DNA of 63,076 bases, filler included. It is 5 parts of 5 records of this genome, joined end to end, with 100 filler letters (N's around TTAATTAATTAA, not from the genome) between each part and the next. Parts side by side here need not be neighbours in the genome. Positions count along the whole stretch, not along the records: positions 18,245 to 27,520 come from DRR723986_7006; positions 27,621 to 37,856 come from DRR723986_7011; 3 more parts are not named here. One strand, 5' to 3'. Below the pieces are notes generated by a model that worked only from the letters and a program-made list of their open reading frames with translations, had not been told where the DNA came from and did not search any database. This document shows, piece after piece, positions 18,245 to 30,800 of this stretch (positions are counted from its first letter, which is position 1; each line of letters starts with the position of its first letter). Both the position numbers and the translations under genes were made by a program.

Positions 18245-19187
18245 CCGCCGCCACGCCGATCGCGATAACCGCCACGACGGCCCCGCCGACGATCACCCGC
18301 TGGCGCCCCAGACGGGTGGGCCTTCTGATGAGAGCTCTGAAGACAAGGACCCCGCAAACGACCGCCATGGCGATGATCCCGGTGGATGACAGCGCGAGCA
18401 GCGCGAAGATGCCGCTTCCCAGCGCAAGGACCGCATCCAACGGGCGGCGGCTATGCCCGTGGGACGAGGCGAAGAAGGCGAAGAACATCGCACTTGCCGA
18501 TCCGAAGCTCGCGGCCTCCGAATAGCCGCCGATCACCCGTGGAAGCCCTTGCACGCTTGCCTCGTTCGCGAGCGAGTAGTTGGCGGTGCGGATCACCGAA
18601 AGAAGCGCATCGAGGCCCAGCAGGTCCATCGACCCCAAGGCGATGTTCAGCCCTGCCGCGATGGCCATGCAGCGGGCGCCAAGGCCCGGTCCATGGCGCG
18701 ACAGGACGTGCACCGAGGTGATGAAGAACCCGCAGGCCAGCAAGACGTAGAAGGTCTGCGAGATGTTCGACGTGCTGGGTCCGAGCCAGACCCTTGGCCA
18801 GGAAAACACCGCGCTGACCCGAACGCCCTCCACGCCGCGCGAAAGGGAGAAGACCATCAGCTCCCCCGCGAAAAGCCGGACCAGAATCGTGGCGGAGAAG
18901 GCGGAATAGACCGCGAAGACGATGAGCGAGAGCGTCGCAGGTTCGACCCGGACGACACGGCGATGGACGAGGCGCGACACGAGGACGAGCACCCCACAAC
19001 CCACGAGCGTGATCGCCGCGACATTCACCGCCAGCAGCGAGAGGCCGCCCACCGCCGGCAGGCCGATCACCGCCGCCATCCCGAAGGGGATCGAGGACCC
19101 GACGAGCAACAGGACGGGCCGCAATCCGACAAAGACGCATGACGCGAGCAAGGCGAAGAAGACCGGCGTGATGGCATAGATTTGCAC
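18245..19187 (-). CDS. Wzy / O-antigen-ligase-like polysaccharide polymerase membrane protein (3' truncated)
   Basis: Multi-TM protein with loop motif PRVIGGYSEAASFG and ALSSTG; GTG start at 19187 with GGAG upstream. Confidence 0.6.
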
Positions 19188-19694
19188 GACAGCTCCGTGT
19201 CCGGTGTGGCCAAAGTTCAGTTCCGAGAGGCCGCTGGAGGCCTTGGCAGCTCCCAAACCCGGCTTCGGTCGTGCGGGTCGGGTGACCCTTGCGGGAGGGC
19301 GGAATGGCCCCTGCGCCGTGGCTTGGCGCCTGCGTTCCGGACGCCCCGGAAAGCCCACCCGCGACCGGGTCGGACCCATGGGCCCCCGTCCGTCAATTTC
19401 TTCCCCGCCTTGACGCCAAAGCATTGAAAGGATGCGCCAATAGTCATCCTAGAGAAAATAGGACAGTCCACGCTAACCCAAGTTAGTGATCGTTTCTGCA
19501 ATCCGGGATCAAGTGGATGGACTTGAGCCAGCATCTGCCTGCCCGGATGCATCTATTTTGGCGAAAATGTCTATTGATATGGTTTTGAGAGAGAAAGACA
19601 GCTGATTCCAATCATCAGCTCCCATGGGACCAGATCGAGAATCGACGAAGAAAACGCCGCATGGATTTATGCGTTTCAATAGGTGTGATAAACG

Positions 19695-21599
19695 ATGAAT
19701 ATTGCAAAGCCGACCGCAAAAACCTGCGATAGCGACTCGCACTTCGATCAATCGCAAACGATAAACTCCCTGTTTCTGGATCAGGTCAGAACCCGCCCGG
19801 ACGAGATCGCGGTCATCGAGGATGAGCGGCGCCTGTCGTATCTCGAACTGGACCGATGCGCCGGCGGCATGGCGGCCGCGCTCCGCCGGGCCGGTGTGCA
19901 GAAGGGCGACCGCGTGGCGCTGTTCGCCGGACGCGGGATCGAGACGGTGGCCGCGCAACTGGCGATCATGGCCCTTGGCGCGGCCTTCGTGCCGCTCGAC
20001 CCCGCCATGCCCGAGCAGCACCTGGCCGAGGTGATCGAGGCGGCTTGCCCCTGCGCGGTCTTGTGCCGGACCAAGGACAGGGACAGGGCGGCCTCCCTCG
20101 TGCATGCGGCCTGTCCGATCATCCCGCTCGAGGCCGATCCCCACGCGTGGGACGGGCGGCTCGAACCCTATCATCAGGCGCCCGGGTCGCAGATCGGGCC
20201 GAACGATCTGGCTTATGTCATCTACACCTCCGGATCGACCGGGCAGCCCAAGGGCGTCATGGTCGCCCATCGCGGGGTCTGCCGCCTTGTTCGCGGGCAG
20301 CACTACGCCGATCTGGACCCGGATCAGGTCATGCTGAACATGGCAGCGGTCGGTTTCGACGCCAGCATCGGCGAGGTGTACAGCGCGGTGCTGAACGGCG
20401 GAACCCTGGTGATCCTGCCCGACGCAACGCCCTCTCTGGATCGGATCGCCGAGGTCATTGCCCGTCACAAAGTCACCGTGGCCTACATCACGGCGGGACT
20501 TTTCCATATCATCGTCGAACAACGGGTCGATATTCTCGCGCCGCTTCGGCAAGTGTTTCCCTGCGGGGATGTGCTGTCGGAAACCCATGTGCGCGCCGTG
20601 CGGCGCGCCCACCCCGACCTGAGGGTCATCAACGGGTACGGCCCCACCGAGAACACCGTCTTTTCCTGCTGCTTTACCATCGACGACAGTTGGACCGGCG
20701 GCCCGATTCCCATCGGTCGGGGTTTGCGCCATGACCGTCAGTTCGTCCTCGACGAGCTTCTGCGCCCCGTGCCGGACGGCGAGATCGGGCAACTCGCCGT
20801 CGGGGGCGCGGGCGTCGCGCTTGGCTATCTCGGTCGGCCGGACCTGACCAAGGCGGCCTTCGTGACGCTGGATCCTGCCGTGACGTCCGAGCGGGTCTAC
20901 CTGACCGGCGACCTTGTCCGGCGCGACGCGGACGGGGTGATCTGGTTTCACGGACGGCTGGACCGGCAGATCAAGATCAACGGCCAAAGGGTCGAACTCG
21001 ATGCCGTCGAACACGCCCTGCGCGCAGATTTCGCGGTCAAGGACGCGGTGGCCGTCGCCGTGCCCGGTTCGGGCGGCCTGCGCCGGATCGCGGCCTTCGT
21101 GATCCCGGCCGAGGGCATGCCATCGACGGACGCTCTGGGGGCGGAGGTCAAGCAACGGCTGCGGCAGAAGATGCCTGCCGCCGCGATTCCCGCGACGCTC
21201 ACCCTGTGCGACAGCTTCCCGCTGTCCGCCTCCGGCAAGGTCGATCGCAAGACGATGATCGGACAGGTTCCAAAGGACCCCCGACCCGTCGGCAAAACCG
21301 GCGATGGCTCTCTGCGCAGCGTCATCCGTGCGTGCTGGGAAGAGGTTCTGGACCGCCCCATCCCGGACGACTCCGCGACCTTCTTCGATCACGGCGGCAC
21401 CTCCTTGCAGCTGATCAAGGTGCACGCACTTCTGCAGGCGCGCCTCGGCCGGACCTTCGACATCGCCAAACTGTTCGAGGCCCCGCGCATCCCCGATCTG
21501 GCGCTTGCGTTGTCGGCCCCGGTCGGCGCCTCGGACCGCGTCGCCGCGAGCCGCGAGAGAATGGCGCAGCGCCGCAGCGGGTCGAGGATGGCACGATGA
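19695..21599 (+). CDS. Stand-alone NRPS loading module (adenylation + PCP)
   Basis: A-domain cores LSYLEL, YVIYTSGSTGQPKGV, FDAS, NGYGPTE, YLTGDL, GRLDRQIKINGQRVEL, SGKVDR; PCP motif FFDHGGTSL. Confidence 0.95.
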   Translation: MNIAKPTAKTCDSDSHFDQSQTINSLFLDQVRTRPDEIAVIEDERRLSYLELDRCAGGMAAALRRAGVQKGDRVALFAGRGIETVAAQLAIMALGAAFVPLDPAMPEQHLAEVIEAACPCAVLCRTKDRDRAASLVHAACPIIPLEADPHAWDGRLEPYHQAPGSQIGPNDLAYVIYTSGSTGQPKGVMVAHRGVCRLVRGQHYADLDPDQVMLNMAAVGFDASIGEVYSAVLNGGTLVILPDATPSLDRIAEVIARHKVTVAYITAGLFHIIVEQRVDILAPLRQVFPCGDVLSETHVRAVRRAHPDLRVINGYGPTENTVFSCCFTIDDSWTGGPIPIGRGLRHDRQFVLDELLRPVPDGEIGQLAVGGAGVALGYLGRPDLTKAAFVTLDPAVTSERVYLTGDLVRRDADGVIWFHGRLDRQIKINGQRVELDAVEHALRADFAVKDAVAVAVPGSGGLRRIAAFVIPAEGMPSTDALGAEVKQRLRQKMPAAAIPATLTLCDSFPLSASGKVDRKTMIGQVPKDPRPVGKTGDGSLRSVIRACWEEVLDRPIPDDSATFFDHGGTSLQLIKVHALLQARLGRTFDIAKLFEAPRIPDLALALSAPVGASDRVAASRERMAQRRSGSRMAR

Positions 21600-24500
21600 A
21601 GGACGATCGCACCACGGCCGACCTGAGCGGCGCCATCGCGATCGTGGGCATGGGCGCGCGGGTTGCCGGTGCCGCCGACATCGCAGCCTTCTGGGAGGCC
21701 ATCCGCGAGGGGCGTGACCTGATCCGCCCCCATGATCGCGCGACGCTGGCCGACAACTTCACCGATGCCGAGAGGGCGCGCGACACCTACGTGCCGATCC
21801 GCCCGTCCCTCTCCGATGCCGACATGTTCGACGCGCCGTTCTTCGGAATGCTGCCCCGCGAAGCGCAGCTGACCGATCCGCAGTTCCGCGTGTTTCTGGA
21901 GCTGTGCTGGCAGGCGATGGAAGACGCGGGCCACGATCCGGCGCGCCCTCCGGGCCCCGTCGGGGTCTTCGGCGGCGCGTCCCTGTCGACGTATTTCCTG
22001 AACAACGTGCTCTCGGATCGTGCCGCGGTCGAGGATTTCACCTCGACCTACCAATTGGGTGACTACCAGCAGTTCATGGGCGCGCTCGGCGACACGCTGG
22101 CCACGCGCGTGGCCTTCCGCCTTGGGCTGACGGGCCCCGCGATGACGGTCGGAACCGCGTGCTCCACCTCGTTGGTTGCGGTGGCGATGGCCTGCCAGAG
22201 CCTCGAGTCCTATCAGTGTGACATGGCGCTGGCGGGCGGCGTCTCCATCACCTTCCCGCAGGAGCGGGGCTACCTCTATCAGGACGGAGGCATGGTCAGC
22301 CGCGATGGCCATTGCCGCCCGTTCGATGCCGAGGCCAGCGGCACCGTGTTCGGCCATGGCGCGGGCGTGGTGGCGCTCAGGCGGCTGGAAGATGCCCTGG
22401 ACAGCGGCGACCACATCTATGCGCTGATCCGGGGCACGGGGCTCAACAACGACGGCGCCGACAAGATCGCCTTCACCGCCCCCAGCGTGACCCAGCAGGC
22501 GATGGCCATCGCGCAGGCCCAAGGGGCGGCGGGGGTGGCACCGGACAGCATCGGCTACGTCGAATGCCACGGCACCGGCACGCCCCTTGGCGATCCGATC
22601 GAGTTCGAGGGGCTGAAGCAGGCGTTCGAGGGCGCAGGACCGGGGCGCACGGCGCTTGGCTCCGTCAAGGCCAATATCGGCCATTGCGACGCGGCGGCGG
22701 GGGTGCTTGGCCTGATCAAGACTTCGCTGATGCTGCATCACCGCATCCTGCCCCCGATGGCGAATTACACGGCCCCCAGTCCCCGGATCGGCCTTGCAAC
22801 CAGCCCCTTCTACATCCCGCAAACGGCCCGCGACTGGTCCGAAGAGGGTCCTCTGCGCGCGGGCGTCAGCGCCTTGGGCGTGGGGGGCACGAATGCTCAC
22901 GTCATTCTCGAAGAGGCCCCGCCGCTCCGCAGCAGCCCGCAGGACGGCACGGTCGTGCTGCCCCTGTCCGCCCGCTCCGAAAGCGCCCTGGCCGCGCAGG
23001 TCGAGGCCTTGGCCAAGGCGCTGGAGGACCCGCGCGCGCCGGGCCTCGCCGACGTGGCCCATACGCTGCAGGAAGGGCGGCGCGTGTTCGGTCATCGCCG
23101 CGCGGTCGCCGCCGCGAGCCTGCCGGAGGCCGTCGCGGCCCTCCGCGCGCCCGGACGCGCGACCAAGGCCCTGCCGGCTTCGCCGCCCGTGATGTTCCTG
23201 TTCCCCGGCCAAGGGGCGCAATACCCCGGCATGGGTCAGGGCCTCTACGCCACAGAGCCTGAATTCGCGCGGGTCATCGACACCGGCAGCGAGATCCTGA
23301 AGCCCTTGCTCGACCTCGACATGGCCGATCTGCTCTATCGTTCGGACGACCCCGAGGCGGCGGCGCGGGTGCTGCGGGATACGCGCATCACGCAACCGGC
23401 GCTCTGCCTCGTCGAATACGCGACCGCCACGCTGTGGCAGGCGCGCGGCATCACGCCCGCCGCGATGATCGGCCATTCGGTCGGCGAATTCGTCGCCGCC
23501 ACGCTGGCCGGTGTCATGTCCTTCGAGGATTGCCTGCGGCTGATCGCGGCGCGGGGGCGTTTGATGCAGGATCAGCCGCCGGGCGCGATGCTGTCGGTGC
23601 GGGCCGCCGTGGACGACGTGGCGGCCATGGTGCCGGAGGGCGTCGATCTCGCCGCCCGCAACGCCCCCCGGCTGTGCGTCTATGCCGGCCCCGAAGAGGC
23701 GGTCGCCAGTTTCGCGGCAAGGCTCGATGCCGCCGGGGTTCCCGCCAGACTGCTGCACACCTCTCATGCCTTCCACTCCGCGATGATGGATCCCGTCGCC
23801 ACGGCGATGGAGGCCGAGGCCGCCCGCATCCTCCTGTCCGCGCCGCAGATCCCCTATGTGTCCTGCGTCACCGGCACATGGATCGCGGAGGCAGAGGCAA
23901 CCGACCCGCTCTACTGGGCGCGCCACGCCCGGGCCTGCGTGAATTTCGACGACGCCGTGCGGCAGCTGCGCACCGAGGGCGAACCGCCGGTCCTGCTGGA
24001 GGTCGGTCCCGGCCGGACCCTCGGCGCCTTTGCGGCGCAGGCCCTGCCCCGCGACGCTCGGGCGGGGGTTCTGCAGTCGCTGCCCGACCACGACGCCGCG
24101 GACAGGGATCGCGCGACGATGGCCGAAGCCTTCGGTGCGCTCTGGGCGACGGGCGTGGAGGTGGACTGGTCTCTGATCCGCCCCGCCCCCGCCAATCGCG
24201 TCCCGCTTCCCGGCTATCCGTTCGAACGCGCACGGCACTGGATCGAGCCGCCGGTTCCCCTTGCCCGCAAAGGCGAAGCGGCAGGGACGATCCCCGCGCC
24301 CGCACAAACACACATCGACACGAGGCCTGACATGCAAGCACCTGACCGGACCGAACGGCTGACCACGACGATCCTCGACCTGCTGGCAGAGTTGTCCGGG
24401 GATCGCTTCTCTGAGCAGGATACCGGCAGCACCTTTCTGGAGCTTGGGTTCGACTCGCTGCTTCTGGGCCAGGTCACCCAACGCCTGACGCGCGACATGG

Positions 24501-27500
24501 ACGTGTCCCTGACCTTCCGCCAACTGCTTGGGGAGTTTCCCACGGTCGCGGCCCTCGTTGCGCATCTGGATCGCGTCCTGCCCGCCGAGACCGCGCCGGC
24601 CCCCGTCGAGGGCCCTTCTGCGGGCGCCTCCTCGCGCCCCGCCGCGTCCGGCGCTTCCGGCGCTTCCGGCGACGCGATCCCTGCCGACAGGGGCGCGCTG
24701 ATGCAGGCCCAGACGGACGCGATGCTGGCGCTTTTCGACAGCCAGCTGCGCACCTTGGGCGAGCCGTCGAAAGCCGCGCCCGAGGTCGCCCCCGTGGCGC
24801 CGGCACCCAAGGGTCGCGCCCCGGTCTCCGGTACTTCCGAAGCGACGAACCGCCATGATCTCAACCGTCGCGGCGCCACCGATGTCACCCTCACAACGAA
24901 GCAGCGGGATTTCATCGCGACCCTTTGCGCAGAGTACAGCGCGAAATATCCCACCTCGAAATCCCGCGCGCAGGCCGGCCGCAAGACGCTGGCCGATCCG
25001 CGCACGGCCTCGGGCTTTCGCTTGGAGTGGAAGGAGCTGATCTTTCCGGTCATCGCCGAGACCTCCAAGGGCGCCTACCTCACGGACCCCGATGGCAACA
25101 CGATCCTCGATCTGGTCAACGGCTTCGGGCAAACCGCCTTCGGCCACGCGCCGGACTTCGTGGCGGCGGCCGTCACGGCGCAGCTGGACAAGGGGTTCGC
25201 CATCGGCCCGCAGACGCCGCTCGCCGCCGAGGTCGCGCAGAAATTTCTCGCCATCACGGGGCATGAGCGGGTCACGTTCTGCAACACGGGCTCCGAGGCG
25301 GTCATGGCCGCCATGCGCCTCGCACGAACCGTCACCGGCCGCGACACCGTCGTCTCGTTCAAGGGCGACTACCACGGCCAGTTCGACGAGGTTCTGGTGC
25401 GGGGCCGTGCCTCGGGCGACCCCACCGCCCTGCCCGCCGTGGCGGGGGTGCCGATCTCTTCGGTGGCCAACATGGTCGTGCTGGACTACGGCAGCGACGC
25501 CGCGCTCGAATGGATACGCGAGAATATCGCCGAGATCGCCGCCGTCCTGATCGAACCCATCCAAAGCCGCCATCCGGACCTGCGCCCGAGGGCGTTCTGC
25601 GAAGAGATACGCCGCATCACGGCAGAGAGCGGCGCCGCGTTGATCCTCGACGAGATCGTCACCGGCTTCCGCGTCGCACGCGGCGGCATTCAGGAGTTGT
25701 GGGACATCGCGCCCGACATGGCGACCTATGGAAAGGTCGTGGGCGGCGGGCTGCCCGTGGGCGTCCTGTCGGGCCGCTCGCGGTTCCTCGATGCGCTCGA
25801 CGGCGGCTTCTGGAGCTTCGGCGACGACAGCGTGCCGGAGGTGCCGCCGACGTTCTTCGCGGGCACCTTCGTGCGGCATCCGCTGGTGCTGGCCGCCATG
25901 TCCGCCGTGCTGGATCACCTGCAAACCGAGGACGGCCAGGCGCTTTACGCGCGCGTCGCCCCGCGCACCGATGCGCTGCTGAACGCGATGAACGATGCGC
26001 TGGAGGCCCGGGGCCTGCCGCGCGCCGTCACCGGGTTTTCCAGCTGGCTGATCGTCGATCTGGCCGCGCTCGACCCGCGCGCTGCGCTGATCTACCCGCT
26101 GATGCGACTGGCCGGGGTGCATGTGCAGGACGGCTATCCGTGGTTCTTCACCACCGCCCATACAGAGGCGGATTTCGCCCGCGTGGGTGAGGTCTTTGCC
26201 GAGGCTCTGGACCGCCTGCAATCGGTCGGCATCCTGAGGGCAACCACGTCCGGGGAGGCGACTGTCATCCCCCTGACCGCCCCGCAGAAAGAGGTCTGGA
26301 TGGCCGCCCAACTGGGCGACGCCGCCTCGGGCGTCTTCATCGAAAGCATCAGCCTGAAACTCGACGGCGCGCTGGACGCCGCCGCGCTGGAGGGGGCGTT
26401 GAATGACCTCTGCGCCCGTCACGACGCCCTGCGTCTTCGGTTTTCCGCAAGCGGAGAGGCCGCAGAGGTCATGGCGACCCTGCGACTGTCGATCCCGCCG
26501 CGCGACGTCGACGACGACTCGCTGCAAGAGCTGATCGCCGCCGACGCGACCGCTCCCTTCGATCTGACGCAAGGGCCCCTCATCCGGGCCACGCTTGCCC
26601 GCCTCTCGCCCGAGCGCCATGTGCTGATCCTGACCACGCATCACATGATCTGCGACGGCTGGTCGACCTATATCCTTCTGGACGATCTGGCCGCGCTCTA
26701 CTCGACACGGGTGACCGGCAAACCGTCCAGTCTGACCACGCCGGTCAGCTTCGCGGACTATGCCCGGACCCAAGGGGATCAGCAGCCCGCGCCGGACACG
26801 CGGCACTTCTGGGCCGAGCAGTTTCCCACCGCGCCCGATCTGCCGGAGCTGCCTGTGGACGCCCCGCGCAAGGGCGTGCGCAGCTTTGCCGGGGCCACCC
26901 ATGTCCATCACATCGAGGCCGATCTGGCCAAACGGCTGAAGCGCGCCGCCGCGCGCGAAGGCGCCACGCTCTTCGCGGCCCTCGGTGGCACTCTCGCGGC
27001 CATGCTCGCCCGGATGAGCGGGACGGATGAGATCGTTCTGGCCGTCCCCACCGCCGGGCAGACGCTGCTGCCCGACGACCGGCTTGTGGGCCATTGCGTG
27101 AACCTCCTTCCCATCCGGATCGACTGCGACCGCAGCAGCCGGTTCGCGCAGCATCTCAAGCAGGCATCCACCAAGGTGCTCGACTGTTTCGACCATGGCG
27201 ACACGACCTATGGCACCATCGTGCAGGACGCCGGGCTCCGGGCGGAACTGTCGCGCCAGCCGCTGACCGAGGTGCAATTCAACCTCGATCAGCAACCCGA
27301 CGATTTCGGGTTCTCCGGGCTCGTCACCCGGATGCACGCCAATCCCCGGGCGCACACGAACTTCGACCTGATCTGCAACGTGACCGAAGGCGCCGACGGT
27401 CTGCGGATCGACCTGACCTATGCCACGGATGTTCTAACCGAGGCGACCGTGGCGCGGTGGTGCCAGCACTTCCACCAGCTTCTCGGGGTCGTCGCCGACG

Positions 27501-27520
27501 ATATGCAGACCGTGGTGGGC
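21596..27520 (+). CDS. Hybrid PKS/NRPS: KS-AT-ACP-class III aminotransferase-condensation (3' truncated)
   Basis: KS triad GTACSTS / CHGTGT / NIGH; AT GHSVG plus HAFH (malonyl-type); ACP LGFDSL; PLP enzyme DEIVTGFR and TYGKVVGGG; C domain HHMICDG. ATG 21596 overlaps the upstream TGA (ATGA). Confidence 0.95.
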
Positions 27521-27620
27521 NNNNNNNNNNNNNNNNNNNNNNNNNNNNNNNNNNNNNNNNNNNNTTAATTAATTAANNNNNNNNNNNNNNNNNNNNNNNN
27601 NNNNNNNNNNNNNNNNNNNN
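27521..27620. other. Artificial contig linker
   Basis: N44-TTAATTAATTAA-N44. Confidence 0.98.
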
Positions 27621-27641
27621 TCACAGCCCTAAGGGCTGTGA
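27621..27641. repeat. Perfect palindrome TCACAGCCC-TAA-GGGCTGTGA at the contig start (REP-like)
   Basis: 9-bp arms, 3-nt loop. Confidence 0.5.
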
Positions 27642-27745
27642 GCCGGAAGTTTACATTTGGGTTGAGGTGCTGTTGGGGAGAATTGAGTGGGTGGGAATTG
27701 AGGCTGATCGGCAGGGATTTCTTTTTGTTAAAAGTCTAAAAACAC

Positions 27746-27775
27746 AAAAAAGGGAGGAACCGTAGCTCCTCCCTT
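27746..27775 (-). terminator. Rho-independent terminator of the giant gene
   Basis: AAAAAA-GGGAGGA-N8-TCCTCCC: stem plus U tract on the minus strand, about 65 nt after the stop. Confidence 0.8.
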
Positions 27776-27839
27776 CCCAGACAGAACACTGCACCGTCGG
27801 TGCAATTCTCTGCGACTTTACTCGATCAATTCATTCATC

Positions 27840-30800
27840 TCAATGTACAATCAGGAATGGCTCTGCGACCTGAATTGGAGCCGCGCCATCGATCGACTCC
27901 AGCATCAGCATGTATTGACCGGATGGCAAATACTGCTTAAATTCACTGCTCAGAGTCCAATTGATTTCACTTTGACCGCCCGCGATAGGGCCACGGTGGA
28001 TTTCCGTCAGACTGCGGCCCGTGGCATCCACGATTGTTAACACAAGGCTACGCTCTTCCGCCAGTGACAAGCTGATGCGCATTTCCGTATTGACGGGATT
28101 AGGCGCAATCTGCAGGTCATGTGTAAGCTTTGAGTCTGGCTGTGTATTCGCGCCCTGGTCAACTGTCAGCAGCGCCGATTTGGGGTTTTGCACCGTAATC
28201 GCAACCGTTGCCGTCGATGATCCACCAAAGTCATCTTCAATTGTGTAAGTAAACTGATCGGCACCCGTTGTGGAACCAGCCGCGTATTCGAGCGATGTGC
28301 CGCCACCCGTGATTGCAACCGTCCCTAAGGCACCGTCAGTTTTACTGTTAATTGTCATCGTATGTCCATCTTCGTCTTCGTCGTTAGCCAGCACGTCAAG
28401 ATTTGTAGTTGCATTTTTGACAGTGCTAAGGCTCACATCACTGAAGGCGACAGGCTGGATGTTACGGTAAAACACGGCAACGGCGTCGTCGATATATGCA
28501 GCGGAGTACACGTAGTTACTTGCAGGCGAGATTGCCAGATCGACGGGTTTGTTTAAGCCGTCAACTCCATTGACACCGTCAACCATGCTTTCCAGGACTT
28601 GCAGGCTGCCGTCAGCATTGCGTTGGAAGAGTGTAAGCGCATCATCATCCTGGGCCGTAACCCATACGTGACGACCATCGGGACTGACTTTTACATCGCC
28701 GGCACCATCCAGTTCGTTAACACCATTTTGGCCGTCTTTGTGTTTGGCCATGAACACCAGTGTACCAGTTGTTGTGCGATCAAACACTACCACACAGTTA
28801 TCGACAGCGCCCGTAGCATAGACGTTAAGTCCATCGGGACTGCAGTGTACTGCAGTAGCGCCTGCCAGACCATCAACACCGTTTACACCATCCTTCATTT
28901 GTCCCAGGTAGGTGAGTGCTCCGTCATTTAGATCACGACTAAACATCGCCACGGCTTTGTCACCATAACCAGCAGCGTACACATTTTTGCCATCGGGGCT
29001 GATTGCTACGTCAATTGCGTAGTTCAGTCCGTTAACACCATTTACGCCATCTTTCTGCATCTCAATGTACTTTAGGCGGCCATCGGCATTCCAACGTTCA
29101 AAGACGCAGATTGCGCGGCTGGAATAGGAGGCGACGTAGACATTTTTGCCGTCGGGGCTGACTTCAACTCTGCGCGGCTGAGCGAGACCGTCAATTGTCG
29201 TACCGTAGTCGTCTGCGCCATGTTTCTTGATTTCCAGGAAGGTTAAGGCGCCGTTCGGCTCAATTGCAAAAACGGCCAGTTCGTTTTCGCCGTTGCCGGC
29301 TGCGTACAGATTGCGTCCGTCGGGGCTGACCGTTACGTCCATTACATATTTCAGCCCGTCAACACCTGAATAGCCGTCACGAGTTCGGCTGAGATATGTT
29401 AATTCGCCACTGTTTGCATTGACTGCAAATATTGCAATTGAGTTATCACTGCGTCCGGAAGCATAGAGGTATTTGCCATCCGGCGTTTGTGCTACGCCAC
29501 TGGCGCTGTTAAGCCCACGTGTTGTACCTGAGCGGTTTTTGAGGCGCTCAACGTAGAAATTGTTGACGCGCATCTGCGGCGCGGTAACGGCAACTACAAT
29601 TGCACCAGTTGCTGTACAGCCGTCAGCGTTTTCTGCTGTGTAGTTGAACACCTCCAGTCCACTGAACCCAGCTGCAGGCGTATAACTGACGTCACCATTG
29701 TTAACAGCTACCGTTCCATTTGAGGGCGTTTCGACGGTCAAGAGCGTCAGGCCCGTCCCCATATCGTTTGCCAGAACAGAAAGAGTTGTTGAAGTTTGGG
29801 CACTCACCGAAGCGAAGTCGTTAACCAGTTGAATTGTGCCAAGGGGCGGGAGATTCTGATGTGTCAAGGAAAAACAGGAATTTGGGAATTGCCGCTCGAC
29901 CTCGAGGTATCCTGCATTAATCAGCGTCGAATTCCATTCCACGACAATCTCTTCCGTTCCATGACCGCGAACAATTGTACCACCAGCGATCGACCATTTG
30001 TGTGTTCCTACATTAATATTGGGAGTTAATGAATAGCGTGTACGGGAGCCGGGACAGGGAGTCATGTCTCCGACGACTTCAATCACAGGCAAATCAATTA
30101 CCGTGAAGGTAAACACTGTCTGCGTTGTAGTTATCCCATCGAAAACGGAGACGTAAACAGCTGCTGTTCCAAACTTGTTGCAGTTGCCTTTGATTAGCAG
30201 CGTCATATTTGCCGCTGTGGCACTGAACTCCGGGAAGCCGTACATGAAGAGTGACTGGTTAGAGGAAGTTGCCGTAACGATTAAATTACCGGCAGAAGTT
30301 TCAATGTCTGCAATCGAGAAACTGACCGTAGTTGCGCCGTTTTCGTAAATCGTCACATCACCAATCGACGTGATTGTCGGAGCATCATTAACCGGATTAA
30401 CAACTAGTGTGAAACTCGTCGTTTGTGGAACGGTGCCGTCGTCAGCTGAAATCGTAACAACAGCGCTTCCAAATTGATTGGCGAGCGGTGTTAGATCGAT
30501 TTGCGTCGAAGCAGTTGTTGGAGTTGTTATGTTAATGTTGTTAATCGGCAGGAGTGAAGGATTGTCGGACGAAGCAGTCAGGACAACCTGCGATAGCGGG
30601 TTGTCAAGATCTGCGACGCTAATCTGAACACTGGTTGAAGCATCTTCATCTACAACGTAGTTTGGAGCAGCCACACTGATTTGCGGTACATCATTTACCG
30701 AAGCAACATTCAGGCTAAATGTTGTAGTGCGTTGAAATTCGCCATCATTAACCGTGACTGTGATAAGGGCGCTGCCATTGGCGTTGTCGCTTGGGTCAAA

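Noticed and set aside
21206-21595. 130-aa N-terminal extension of the PKS in the ORF track
   Set aside because: Overlaps the PCP-coding region of the upstream gene; ATG 21596 with ATGA coupling is the better start
21389-27355. 1988-aa antisense ORF, and the 638-aa antisense ORF at 19509-21425
   Set aside because: Shadow ORFs opposite high-GC NRPS/PKS genes; no recognisable motifs, while the sense strand has all catalytic signatures
27520-27840. Apparent link between the NRPS/PKS and the giant FG-GAP gene
   Set aside because: Separated by a contig linker and from compositionally different sources
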